The notes under the pieces: model-generated
What the model was told of the DNA's origin: nothing
The model's database searches: none
Seen by the model: only the letters and a program-made list of their open reading frames with translations
Part shown: piece after piece, positions 1 through 10,013 of the stretch
How the letters are laid out: every line of letters starts with the position of its first letter
Numbering within the stretch: position 1 is the first letter of the stretch
Position numbers and translations under genes: made by a program
Origin: Candidatus Woesearchaeota archaeon
GTDB taxonomy: Archaea; Nanobdellota; Nanobdellia; SCGC-AAA011-G17; GW2011-AR18
NCBI GenBank assembly: GCA_018302765.1
Contig: JAGVZG010000020.1
Span: 1 to 37,589, forward strand
DNA length: 37,589 bases
Direction: 5' to 3'

Positions 1-1
1 T

Positions 2-2272
2 GAATTTGTTCCTGCCAATGATGGAACAAAGACAGTTCAGTTTATATTTACTCCTGCAAGAGGTGGCACTCCTGAAACAATTGAAGTTGAAATTGATGTG
101 AAACCAGCAATAACTTCACACTTAGAGATAATAAATCCTATAACAAGAAACGCATCTAAAGCAAACCCTTACAATATATTTTATGATACTCCAATAAGAA
201 TTGAAGCAGGAAATCTAAGCTCAAATATAATTGAAGCTGAAATCGAATGGGAGCTGCTTGCCAATCATCAAGATGCCTATTATAATACAACAAAAGACTT
301 AGGTAAAGGAAAAACTATAGACTTAAACTTCAAAAAAAGACTAATAGGTGGAACACCTAAAGGACCATATACGCTATTTGCAATATACAGAAATAAAGGC
401 ACAATTATTGCAATAGATTACATATGGATAAATGTAGACGAAAAACCACCTGAGCCAGAAGTTTCTGTAAGTAATATTACACATACAAAAAACCTTGGTT
501 TAGCAACAAAATCTAAATCATTAGTCAATGCTGCAATTACAGGGGATATTATAAAGTTCATACCTGTGCCTCCAGACACAGATAAATATTACAATATAAA
601 AACATCAGGAGTAAATATAACAGGAGATGACTTTGGACCGAGCGGTAGTAAGGGAGAATATTTATTAAGTATTAAGTCAGATGGTACAAAAAGAATTGAG
701 TATGAATTCACTCCTAAATTTGGAGGGCCACCAATAAAAATAGTAACAGTAATTACAGTAAAAACCACAGCAACAGTGGCAGTAAACGTAAGTAATAAAG
801 GAATTGTACAAACAATAACACCTACTACAACAACACCAATTAATGTAGAATTAAATGACAAAATAAAATTCACACCCGTAATAACTCCTGCAAGCAGGAT
901 TAGTGATTTTACTATAAAAGTACTAAATCCAACAATAGATCCAAGTGACGATAAATATGGTGTAATAAAAAGAGGAAATCCTGAAACAGGTTTGATTATT
1001 GGAAGTAATACTAATAAAGAAATTGCGTATAATTTCACAGACAACACTAATGGCACATCAACAACAATAAAAATACCAATAAAAGTAATATCAAAAATAA
1101 AGCCAGCAACTAGTGTGAACTTTGGAGTTGACATATATGAACTTACAGGTCCAGACTCAACTAAATCTATTGGAAGGGCAGGTACTGTTGGCAGATATCC
1201 AAAAATTGATGCAGAAGTGGGAGATAAATTCCGTCTATTGGCAAACGTTCTGCCTCCGGATAAAATATTAAATTACAATATAAGGCACGATATAAAAAAT
1301 ATTGATAAAACAAGTGAATATAAAAAAGTAAGCGAAGAAGAAATAGAATTATCATTTGATTCAGTAGGAGAAAAAAAGATAACTTTTATTATAGAAGATA
1401 AAACAAAAGCTACAGCAACATCTGTTTCAGTAGTATTTGAAGTAAAAATAGCAGAGCCAGAAGTAAAAATAATAAAAATTGATACAGAACCTGGAGCAAC
1501 AGGACAAATATATCAAAGACCAGAAGGTGCAAAGATAAAATTCGAAGCTGGACTATTAGATTATAGTAAAACAGTTGAAAAATTAGTATGGGAAATAAAT
1601 AAACCAAAAGGCAAAGACATAATAAAGAAAGATGCAAATGAAAAAGTATTAGAATATGAATTTTTAACATCAGGGTTTCCTATAGGAAAATATAATGTAG
1701 TACTTTCTCTTGAAAGCAAAGGAAAACAAATAAAGAAAAATATAACACCTATAATAGATACAATAACAATTGAGCTTGTTGGTTTGAAAAAAATTCCTCC
1801 TGAATTCCAGCCAGATATAAATGAACTGAAAAGATTGGTAGCTGAGCAAATAGAAGTACTGAAAAAAATTAAAAAATATACTGATGTAAATGATATTAAT
1901 AATGCAGCAGCAGAAATAGACAAGTTTGAAGCTTTGGAAAGAAAAATAGCTGGAAATGGAAAAAATCTAACAAAAACAAAAAAATCTCCAGGTTTAACAA
2001 TAGAAGACGGTACAGTATTAGATAAAATAAGAAAAAGGGCAGAGAAATTAGATGAAAAAACATATGGGACCATTAAACAAGGAATATTGGATTTACTCAA
2101 TGAAATAACTTGGTATGATTACATGTATTGGACAGTAACTAAAATGAGAGAATTTCTTATAAAAGGAGCATTAGCAGATGCAAAGACTACAATAACTAAT
2201 ATAGTACATGGAAAAAGTGTAGGCTCATTTAACCGTAGAATAATTAATGTAAATAAGTTAGATAGTCTTTAA
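2..2272 (+). CDS. Large Ig-like/PKD-like beta-sandwich repeat protein with a C-terminal helical domain; 5'-truncated by the window edge
   Basis: The frame is open from base 2 (EFVPANDGTKTVQFIFTPARGGTPETIEVEIDVKP...), so the GTG at 98 is not the true start. Recurring beta-rich units (DGTKTVQFIFTP / DGTKRIEYEFTP; PKGPYTL / PIGKYNV with an upstream Trp) are followed by a helical tail. Confidence 0.75.
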   Translation, partial: EFVPANDGTKTVQFIFTPARGGTPETIEVEIDVKPAITSHLEIINPITRNASKANPYNIFYDTPIRIEAGNLSSNIIEAEIEWELLANHQDAYYNTTKDLGKGKTIDLNFKKRLIGGTPKGPYTLFAIYRNKGTIIAIDYIWINVDEKPPEPEVSVSNITHTKNLGLATKSKSLVNAAITGDIIKFIPVPPDTDKYYNIKTSGVNITGDDFGPSGSKGEYLLSIKSDGTKRIEYEFTPKFGGPPIKIVTVITVKTTATVAVNVSNKGIVQTITPTTTTPINVELNDKIKFTPVITPASRISDFTIKVLNPTIDPSDDKYGVIKRGNPETGLIIGSNTNKEIAYNFTDNTNGTSTTIKIPIKVISKIKPATSVNFGVDIYELTGPDSTKSIGRAGTVGRYPKIDAEVGDKFRLLANVLPPDKILNYNIRHDIKNIDKTSEYKKVSEEEIELSFDSVGEKKITFIIEDKTKATATSVSVVFEVKIAEPEVKIIKIDTEPGATGQIYQRPEGAKIKFEAGLLDYSKTVEKLVWEINKPKGKDIIKKDANEKVLEYEFLTSGFPIGKYNVVLSLESKGKQIKKNITPIIDTITIELVGLKKIPPEFQPDINELKRLVAEQIEVLKKIKKYTDVNDINNAAAEIDKFEALERKIAGNGKNLTKTKKSPGLTIEDGTVLDKIRKRAEKLDEKTYGTIKQGILDLLNEITWYDYMYWTVTKMREFLIKGALADAKTTITNIVHGKSVGSFNRRIINVNKLDSL

Positions 2273-3294
2273 AAAAATTCATTTAGCCCTTTCTGATTTA
2301 TATTTTTATTTTCTTCCCTGTATTTGTTAAGAGAGTTGTTAATTCTTTCCAAATTAAATTCATGTTTCTCAACTAATATTTCTCTAACCTTATCATCGTC
2401 TAAACTTTCCCATTTTAATTTAATATCTTCCTCAACAGGCAGATTTGCAAATATATCATAAACTTCTCTCCAATTAAAATCAACATTCAAATCAGCAAAC
2501 ATTTTATCAAAACCATTTAAGGTACTATAATTTTTTACCAACTTTAATGCCTTCTTTGGACCAATACCTTTTACTCCGCCAACATTAAAATCTGTGCCTG
2601 TTAAAATTCCCAAAACTATTAACTGTTCTTGTGTTAATCTCAATTCTTTCAAAACTTCCTCTAATTCAATAAATTCTAAAAATGTAAAAACAATCTTTCC
2701 ACCCCTTACCTTTCTCTTCTGGTTCAATGTGAGGTTCCTAAGAAGCTTTGGAGCGCCAAATAATAATGAATCATAATCTTGGGACGCAGCAAAATGAACT
2801 AGTTTTTTCTTGCACATATAAGCAACCTGTCCTTCAGCTTCACTTGGCGCCTGAACAACAGGAATTCCTAAGGCTGAAACTAATTCTTTAGCTTCATCAA
2901 TCATATCTTGATTAAGTCTCATAAATTGCTTGCTATATTTATACATATCTTCTATGTTTTCTTCAGCTATAGCTTCCTTATACTTTTGCTGGGCAATAAC
3001 TTTTCTGCTAATTCTACTTTCCCTTTCGCTTAACTTAAGCTTTGGAGCTTCCCCATCAAAAACATAAACCAATTTTATTCCTTTGTTCATTAAGTTCAAA
3101 GTTCTTGCAAATAAACCTTGTAGATGCGAAGTAACTCTTCCTTGGGAATCCATTAAATAACTCCCATCTTGGCCTCTTATCGAACTCAGAAACTGATAAA
3201 TTGCATTAAATGCATCTACGGCTACAGTTTTATTTTTTAAATATGAGAAATCTATCTCTTTTCTAGGCACAATGCTTCCTAAGTCAACGCCCAT
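2269..3294 (-). CDS. fen: Flap endonuclease 1
   Basis: MGVDLG..., AVDAFNAIYQFL, YVFDGEAP, QAPSEAEGQ, SQDYDSLLFG, GTDFNVGGVKGIGPKKA and C-terminal PIP box QKGLNEFF. Confidence 0.98.
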   Translation of the reverse strand: MGVDLGSIVPRKEIDFSYLKNKTVAVDAFNAIYQFLSSIRGQDGSYLMDSQGRVTSHLQGLFARTLNLMNKGIKLVYVFDGEAPKLKLSERESRISRKVIAQQKYKEAIAEENIEDMYKYSKQFMRLNQDMIDEAKELVSALGIPVVQAPSEAEGQVAYMCKKKLVHFAASQDYDSLLFGAPKLLRNLTLNQKRKVRGGKIVFTFLEFIELEEVLKELRLTQEQLIVLGILTGTDFNVGGVKGIGPKKALKLVKNYSTLNGFDKMFADLNVDFNWREVYDIFANLPVEEDIKLKWESLDDDKVREILVEKHEFNLERINNSLNKYREENKNINQKGLNEFF

Positions 3295-3340
3295 CTAAAT
3301 CACAACATTTTTAATTACAGCCAAAGATATAAATTTAACC

Positions 3341-4237
3341 ATGAACAATGAACTGGAAACTTGGAAAAAAGCAGGAAAATTAGCAGGAGAAACCAGGGAA
3401 TTTGGTAAAGAAATAATAAAAGAAAATGTAAATTTTCTAGATGTTGCAAGAAAAATTGAGGATTTTATAATAAAAAAAGGAGGAAAGCCTGGATTCCCAG
3501 TGCAAATATCAATAAATGACATAGCAGCACACTATACTCCACTGCCAGAAGATACGTCAATATTCAAAAAAGGAGATATTGTTAAATTAGACCTAGGTGT
3601 TCATATAGATGGCTATATAGGCGACACTGCTTTAACAATAGAAGTTGGCACAAACAAAAACCAGGATTTAATTAAAGCAAGCAAAGAAGCATTGAATGAA
3701 GCAATTAAATTATGCAAGCCTGGTGTAAAAGTCTGTGAAATAGGAGAAGTTGTAAGTTCTGTAATATCTTCATTTGGATTTAACCCGATAAAAAACCTGT
3801 CAGGCCACAAAGTTGACCGCTATATATTACATAGTTATATATCAATCCCTAATTTTAATAATAATGATAAAACAATCTTAAAGGAAGGCATGACTATTGC
3901 AATAGAGCCTTTTGCATCGACAGGTATAGGGTTAGTAAAAGAAGGAAAACCATCAAGCAATTATAGACTGCATAATCCAAAACCAGTACGCGATATTATA
4001 ACAAGAGAAATACTCAATTTTATACAAAAAGAATTTGTTACTTTACCTTTTGCAAAAAGATACCTAACAGAAAAATTCTCAATGCCTAAAGTTAACTTTG
4101 CTTTGTCAAACTTAGAAAAACAAGGCATTTTATATCAATACCCGCAGCTTCCTGAAAAACAAGAAGGGTGTTTGGTATCTCAACATGAACATACTATTTA
4201 CATAAACGATCCGCCAATTGTATTGACAAAAATTTAA
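3341..4237 (+). CDS. map: Methionine aminopeptidase type II
   Basis: AAHYTP, KLDLGVHIDGYIGDTA, LSGH, AIEPF and SQHEHT metal-binding motifs, plus the type II helical insert. Confidence 0.97.
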   Translation: MNNELETWKKAGKLAGETREFGKEIIKENVNFLDVARKIEDFIIKKGGKPGFPVQISINDIAAHYTPLPEDTSIFKKGDIVKLDLGVHIDGYIGDTALTIEVGTNKNQDLIKASKEALNEAIKLCKPGVKVCEIGEVVSSVISSFGFNPIKNLSGHKVDRYILHSYISIPNFNNNDKTILKEGMTIAIEPFASTGIGLVKEGKPSSNYRLHNPKPVRDIITREILNFIQKEFVTLPFAKRYLTEKFSMPKVNFALSNLEKQGILYQYPQLPEKQEGCLVSQHEHTIYINDPPIVLTKI

Positions 4238-4253
4238 CAAAATGAGAGATTAA

Positions 4254-7169
4254 ATGAGATTAAAAGTAGTTATTGGAATAAAACCAGAAAAAGAGGGGTA
4301 CTTTGTAGGAGAGAAAATAATTCTAGTTGCCAAATTAATGACTACTTCATTATTTTCCAGAGAAACGCATAGTTTTGATATTGGTAGTAAAAAAGATTCC
4401 TTGCAATTTAATTGGCAGATAGGAAACGAATCATTTGAAAATAAAGGAAATATAATAAATTATAAAATAGAAGAAAATGGTGAAAAAGCCAGGCTAATAA
4501 CAGTTGAAGTGAAAGATAAAACAAGTTCAAAAATAAAACCAATAATAGGTAGAGTAATAATTAAAATAAAAAATGTAAAATTTGGAATTGATATTTACAA
4601 TTATAATGAGAAAAAAACCTTAAGTAAAGAGTTCGGAAGCATTCTGCCAATAGAAGTAGGGAAAAATTCTACTTTAATACTAACACCTTTGATTGAAGGC
4701 GACGATATAAATAATTATTTAATAGGATGGGAATATAAAAATCAATTAAATAAAACACACGGTATAGAAAGCAATCAAAATGCCCTAGTACTAAAAGCTG
4801 AATCAAGAGAAAGAATAAAATGTAATTTTAATAAAAAAGACAACACAATAAAACAATACTTAGATCGTATCATTGAAATAAAAGAAAAGTACAAAGAAAA
4901 TATAGAAATAAGAATAATAAAACCAAAAACAAAAGATGAGCTAGAAATTGAAGAAGATGTAGAATTTCCTGTGATGGCTAAAATTGCAGGAGATATTAAT
5001 AATAAAGTAAAAGAAGTCTTCTGGGGAATTTTCAAAAGAACTGAACTCGAACCACTGCCTATTAAAGGATATTTAACAATAACAAAACCAAATGAAGAAA
5101 TAAACTTTAAAATTCAAAAATTTCCATCTGGTGAATATTCATTATTGGCTGCAGGTATAGACAAAGATGGTAATATTATTGGAAAGTCAGATAAAATAAA
5201 TATTTACATAATAGAAAAAAATGAAAAAATAGAGGAAGAAATTAAAGTAGATAATGAACAAACACAAAAAACATTAATAGAAGATAAAATAAAAGTTAAA
5301 ATAATAAGTCCATCAACAAAGGAAGACACACAAATACCTTTTCCTATAGAAATAAATAAAAAAATAATAGTAATGGCTATAATAAATGAAGACACTAAAA
5401 ATAAAGTAAAAGAGATTTTCTGGACAGTAATGCCAAAAGATGTACAAATAAATGAATTAACAATTAAAGAATATAATTATTTAATAAGTTCATATCCTAG
5501 TCAAGGAGAAAACCTAGATCTAAAAGGAATAAATTCTGGTGAATATATTTTAATTGCAACTGCAGTAGATGAAAAGAGAGAACCTATGAAATATTTTGAT
5601 ACTATAAATATAAAAATATTTGAGCCAGCAAAACTTCCAGAGTTCAAACTAAAATATAAAATACCGGGAACAAAAGACTGGAGCGAATTTAATGAAAAAG
5701 AACCACTAAATATAAAATCAGGAGATAGTATTGACTTTATACTAATTTTAGAGAATGATGATATAAATAATTATGAACTAAATTGGAAAGCAGAAATTAC
5801 AAATAACGACATGTTCAGGCCTTCATTACTAGACCAAAAAATACCATCCCTTCTTTATGTTTCAAGCCAGGGAATAAAAAAAATAATCTGCCAAATAAAG
5901 GAAAAAAATAGCAATAAAATAATAGAAGAAAAAACCCAAACAATAATTGTTGCACCCAATGAATTAGAATTAAGAATTAATAAAATAAATTCTGCAAAAA
6001 AGACAATAGAAAAAGCTGCTAATAACTTCAAAATATTAATTGAAGCTGAAAAAATTAAGTACATAGGAAGGTTGCCACCTTGGACTGTATTTATAAAGTA
6101 TCTTAAAGAAGAAAAAATAACACAAGAATCAACAGAATTGGAAAAGAAAGATTTTGATAATATAACTTCAAAAATATTAAAAGAATTAACTACTGAAATG
6201 GTTAATAAAATAAAGCCAAATCTTGGAATAACAATATTTAATAAGTATATGGAACCAATCCAAGACCATATAGCGATAGAGAAAGACAAAACTATAAATT
6301 TGGAAATAGGGGGAATAGTCTATATAATGGCAGAAGTTTCTCCAGAAAGCATAAAAGAAACTTATGAAATAAAGGCAAATTCAAATATGCAAGATGATGA
6401 ATTTGTTTTTGACGAAGAAAACAATATATCAGAAGTTACATTAAAAAACGAAGGTAAAAAGTTTATTATATATTCACTTAAGAAAAAAAATAAAGACAAA
6501 GCAGAAAAAAGCATAAAAATAACTATAAATTCTAAAAAGCCCAAAATTAACTACAAACAAATAATAGAAATAGAAAACCTGACAGGCGAAAAGATAATTT
6601 TATCAGATAATAAAGAAAATATAATTGCAAAAAACCTAGGAGAAGTATTGGTATTGACACCAAATACAGAGCCACAAGAGGGACTAAAGGAATATAAAAT
6701 ATCAAGTAAAATTAGTGGCTTTGTAGAAGGAAAAGACAAAACAGAAATAATTAATAAAAAATTATCTAAGTTAAAAATAGAAATTTATACACCTAAAACA
6801 AAAAATATAGTATATAACTTTAATTCCAAATCAGAAAAAATCAGCATTCCAGTCACAATAAAAGTAAATCCATCCATAATAATGACAGACAGCCAAAAAA
6901 ATATAATTTATGGACCAACAACAAATAACTTTACAATAAGAAAAATTATAGGAAAGCCAATATTTATAATTCCAATATTTAATGAGGACTTTAATTTTGA
7001 AGTAAAACAAATAACAAAAAGCTATGAAGACAAATTTGACATAAACAAAGAAAATAAAATATCAAGATTTATTCCAACAAAAACAGGAACTAAAAAAATT
7101 CTGTGTACATTTAAAGATAAAAATAAAGAAATAAATATAACAATAAATATAGAAGTCACAGCTTCCTGA
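4254..7169 (+). CDS. 971-aa Ig-like/PKD-like repeat protein, paralogous to the ORF at 2-2272
   Basis: Tandem domains NKVKEVFW...SGEYSLLA / NKVKEIFW...SGEYILIA, DDINNY twice, repeated KK-I-x-(C/Y)-x-F/I..I-x-I-x-V ends, and one central helical segment. No signal peptide or TM helix is visible. Confidence 0.8.
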   Translation: MRLKVVIGIKPEKEGYFVGEKIILVAKLMTTSLFSRETHSFDIGSKKDSLQFNWQIGNESFENKGNIINYKIEENGEKARLITVEVKDKTSSKIKPIIGRVIIKIKNVKFGIDIYNYNEKKTLSKEFGSILPIEVGKNSTLILTPLIEGDDINNYLIGWEYKNQLNKTHGIESNQNALVLKAESRERIKCNFNKKDNTIKQYLDRIIEIKEKYKENIEIRIIKPKTKDELEIEEDVEFPVMAKIAGDINNKVKEVFWGIFKRTELEPLPIKGYLTITKPNEEINFKIQKFPSGEYSLLAAGIDKDGNIIGKSDKINIYIIEKNEKIEEEIKVDNEQTQKTLIEDKIKVKIISPSTKEDTQIPFPIEINKKIIVMAIINEDTKNKVKEIFWTVMPKDVQINELTIKEYNYLISSYPSQGENLDLKGINSGEYILIATAVDEKREPMKYFDTINIKIFEPAKLPEFKLKYKIPGTKDWSEFNEKEPLNIKSGDSIDFILILENDDINNYELNWKAEITNNDMFRPSLLDQKIPSLLYVSSQGIKKIICQIKEKNSNKIIEEKTQTIIVAPNELELRINKINSAKKTIEKAANNFKILIEAEKIKYIGRLPPWTVFIKYLKEEKITQESTELEKKDFDNITSKILKELTTEMVNKIKPNLGITIFNKYMEPIQDHIAIEKDKTINLEIGGIVYIMAEVSPESIKETYEIKANSNMQDDEFVFDEENNISEVTLKNEGKKFIIYSLKKKNKDKAEKSIKITINSKKPKINYKQIIEIENLTGEKIILSDNKENIIAKNLGEVLVLTPNTEPQEGLKEYKISSKISGFVEGKDKTEIINKKLSKLKIEIYTPKTKNIVYNFNSKSEKISIPVTIKVNPSIIMTDSQKNIIYGPTTNNFTIRKIIGKPIFIIPIFNEDFNFEVKQITKSYEDKFDINKENKISRFIPTKTGTKKILCTFKDKNKEINITINIEVTAS

Positions 7170-7299
7170 TAAAATACAGGAAAAAAACTAAAATAAATAC
7201 TAAAATAATTATATTTAATCCATAATGAAAAAATAGTAAACTGAAAAAGAAAGAAATAATAAGAAATATAATAATTAAAAAGCTTAGTCCTTTTTCCAT
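7156..7299 (-). CDS. 47-aa two-helix membrane microprotein (not in the ORF track)
   Basis: ATG 1 nt after the cdc48 stop (TAA T ATG). Translates as MEKGLSFLIIIFLIISFFFSLLFFHYGLNIIILVFILVFFLYFIRKL*, i.e. two hydrophobic runs and a basic C-terminus. Confidence 0.65.
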   Translation of the reverse strand: MEKGLSFLIIIFLIISFFFSLLFFHYGLNIIILVFILVFFLYFIRKL

Positions 7300-7300
7300 A

Positions 7301-9598
7301 TTAACCCATGTAAGTTAAATGATCTTTTTCTCTTATTGCAGCACCTCTTGCTGTTCTCAAATATTCATCTTCTATTTCTTCATATCTTTTTATGTCTTCT
7401 GTATTTATTGACGATTTAACTTTATTTAATGCTTCTTCAAAATTTGACATATTTACCTGTTTGGAATTAAGATCTTTTCTCAAAGCAAGTATGGCTGCTT
7501 CCCTGCATAATGATTCTATGTCAGAACCTACAAAATTAGGTGTCTTCTCAACAATAATATTTAAATCAACATCTTTAGCAAGGGGCATATTTTTTGTATG
7601 TATTTTGAGGATTTGCAGTCTACTCTTATCTTCTGGAACTGGAACAAGTATTACTCTATCAAATCTTCCCGGTCTCAATAAAGCAGGATCTATAATATCA
7701 GGTCTATTTGTAGCACCTACCACAATAACTCCATTCAATTCTTGCAAACCATCTATCTCAGTCAACAACTGATTAACCATTCTCTCAGTTACGCCTGCAT
7801 CTGAAGAACCTCTGCCTCTTCTGGGTGCAATAGCATCTATTTCATCAAAAAACACAATACATGGGCTCGCCTGTCTTGCCTTTTCAAATACTTTTCTTAC
7901 ACCTTTCTCAGACTCACCTACAAATTTATTTAACAATTCTGGACCATTCACTAAAATAAAATTTGCCTCACTTTGATTAGCTACAGCTCTGGCCAGTAAT
8001 GTTTTTCCTGTTCCAGGAGGCCCATATAATAAAACACCCTTAGGAGGCTTAACTCCTAAATTCTTAAAAATATCTGGATAATTTAAAGGCCATTCTACAA
8101 CCTCCTTCAAATCTTGTTTTATATTCTCTAAACCACCAACATCTTCCCATGTGGTGTTTGGCCTTTCTATAAAAACTTCTCTTAATGCACTAGGTCTTAC
8201 AAATTTCAAAGCTTCTCTAAAATCAGACATATTAATTTGCAGTTTTTCTAAGAATTCAGGAGGAATTGGCTCGTCCTTTTTATATTTCATTTCAGGAAGT
8301 AATCTTCTCAATACAACCATAGCTGCTTCCTTACAAAGAACTTCTAAATCAGCACCAACAAAGCCATGTGTTATTTTAGATATATCATCTAATTTAACGT
8401 TATCAGTCAATGGCATATTTCTAGTGTGTATTTTTAAAATTTGTAATCTACTGTCTTGTTTAGGAACGCCTATCTCTACTTCTCTATCAAACCTTCCAGG
8501 CCTTCTCAAAGCAGGATCTATACTATTTGGTCTATTTGTTGCTGCAATTACAACAACCCTTCCTCTAGTCTTCAAGCCATCCATTGTAGCAAGCAACTGT
8601 GCAACAACCCTTCTCTCAACTTCACCATAGCTCTCTTCTCTTTTGGAAGCAATGGCATCTATCTCATCTATAAAAATAATACTTGGTGCATTTTTCTCTG
8701 CTTCCTCAAATATGTCTCTAATTCTTTTTTCAGCTTCACCAACATACTTACTCATAACAGAAGGACCATCTAGATGTATAAAATGTGCATTAGTCTCATT
8801 GGCTACAGCTCTAGCCAGTAATGTTTTTCCCGTTCCAGGAGGTCCGTGTAACAAAACACCCTTAGGAGGATCTATTCCTAACTTCTGAAATAATTCAGGA
8901 TGCTTCAAAGGCAGTTCAACCATTTCTCTAATTTTCTTGACCTCATCTTGCAAACCGCCAATGTCTTCATAAGTTACATCAACTACTTTATCTTCTAATA
9001 AATCAACAGCCTTAGGATTTAGAATTACTTCTGTATTTTCAGTAACTACTACTGCCTGCTTAGGATCTACACTTAAAACTATAAATTTCAAACCTGGAAA
9101 TGCAAAAATTCCTAAGTCTGGCTCAAATATATCAAATATATCTTCAAAAGGACCGCCCTCCATTGCCCTTCTTCTTCTTCTGCCACCGCCAAGAGCAACT
9201 TGGTCTCCTTTCATTAATGCTCTTCCCAGTAAACCTCTCTTAAATATAATAGAGTCTGCTTGTATTGTTACCCCTTTTTGCGAGGGAGCAATAGTTAATG
9301 ATCTTGCCTCTTTTACTTCCGCTCTTCTTACCTTAACAAACTCCCCTAAACTTGTTTTTGCATTTCTTCTTAAAATACCATCCATTCTGATAACAGCTTG
9401 ACCAACGTCAGTAGGATAAGCCCTATCTACAATACCCACAGTCTTCCTTACTCCTTCTATTTCAACAATGTCTCCAGGCCTTACTCCTATATCTCTCATG
9501 GTCTGGCTGTCTATTCTAACAACGCCTTTGTAAGCCTCTTCCTGCAAAGCTTCCATAACTTTCAATTTCATTTCCTGCTTTTCCATTACATCACTCAT
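7301..9598 (-). CDS. cdc48: CDC48/VCP/p97-family AAA+ ATPase (two AAA modules)
   Basis: N-domain ([11 protein letters not shown]), two Walker A motifs (GPPGTGKT), Walker B IIFIDEID and [24 protein letters not shown] / [12 protein letters not shown]. Confidence 0.97.
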   Translation of the reverse strand: MSDVMEKQEMKLKVMEALQEEAYKGVVRIDSQTMRDIGVRPGDIVEIEGVRKTVGIVDRAYPTDVGQAVIRMDGILRRNAKTSLGEFVKVRRAEVKEARSLTIAPSQKGVTIQADSIIFKRGLLGRALMKGDQVALGGGRRRRRAMEGGPFEDIFDIFEPDLGIFAFPGLKFIVLSVDPKQAVVVTENTEVILNPKAVDLLEDKVVDVTYEDIGGLQDEVKKIREMVELPLKHPELFQKLGIDPPKGVLLHGPPGTGKTLLARAVANETNAHFIHLDGPSVMSKYVGEAEKRIRDIFEEAEKNAPSIIFIDEIDAIASKREESYGEVERRVVAQLLATMDGLKTRGRVVVIAATNRPNSIDPALRRPGRFDREVEIGVPKQDSRLQILKIHTRNMPLTDNVKLDDISKITHGFVGADLEVLCKEAAMVVLRRLLPEMKYKKDEPIPPEFLEKLQINMSDFREALKFVRPSALREVFIERPNTTWEDVGGLENIKQDLKEVVEWPLNYPDIFKNLGVKPPKGVLLYGPPGTGKTLLARAVANQSEANFILVNGPELLNKFVGESEKGVRKVFEKARQASPCIVFFDEIDAIAPRRGRGSSDAGVTERMVNQLLTEIDGLQELNGVIVVGATNRPDIIDPALLRPGRFDRVILVPVPEDKSRLQILKIHTKNMPLAKDVDLNIIVEKTPNFVGSDIESLCREAAILALRKDLNSKQVNMSNFEEALNKVKSSINTEDIKRYEEIEDEYLRTARGAAIREKDHLTYMG

Positions 9599-9610
9599 TG
9601 TAAATCACAA

Positions 9611-9961
9611 TTATAAATCTTTCCTCCTAATAAAAAACAAGCCTATTTTACCCCTACCCTCCAAACTTAACCTAATAAGATCATTAAATTCTCTTTCAAA
9701 TTCTCTATGAAAATCTACTAATTCCTTAGGTATAGAAACACAAAAGCTATTTCCAACCATTCTCAATTTTACATTAAAATCTCTCTGTTTTAATCTTTTA
9801 AAATCATCATACTCTTTTAAATCTCCTGGATGATAAATTATTTTACTACATTGTGGGCACTCTAAAACTCTAAGCTCAAATCCATCTTTAACAGCACAGT
9901 TTTTTCTAGTTAAAACATTACATTCACTGCATAAAACCTTTTGGTCAAATATGTCTTGCAT
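9611..9961 (-). CDS. Zn-ribbon + AbrB/SpoVT-like DNA-binding domain protein (116 aa)
   Basis: Start MQDIFDQKVL at 9961; CSEC...CPQC; KLRMVGNSFCVSIPKE is an AbrB-type signature. The longer ORF-track N-terminus runs into the IS end. Confidence 0.75.
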   Translation of the reverse strand: MQDIFDQKVLCSECNVLTRKNCAVKDGFELRVLECPQCSKIIYHPGDLKEYDDFKRLKQRDFNVKLRMVGNSFCVSIPKELVDFHREFEREFNDLIRLSLEGRGKIGLFFIRRKDL

Positions 9962-9987
9962 CTTAGTATATATTGGTTGTATATACA

Positions 9988-10003
9988 TAAAATATATAAA
10001 GTT
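9988..10003 (-). promoter_or_regulatory. BRE/TATA-like promoter for the Zn-AbrB / cdc48 / microprotein unit
   Basis: Minus strand AAACTTTATATATTTT roughly 30-40 nt upstream of the ATG at 9961. Confidence 0.5.
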
Positions 10004-10013
10004 TATGTTCACA

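Noticed and set aside
589-9616. Antisense ORFs 589-1134, 1167-1355, 1410-1670, 1561-2100, 2594-2776, 3295-3522, 3613-3810, 4775-6739 set, 7392-8888 set, 9398-9616
   Set aside because: They lie wholly opposite long genuine genes; their hydrophobic/Phe-Ser-rich composition is the expected shadow of Lys/Glu/Ile-rich A-biased codons.
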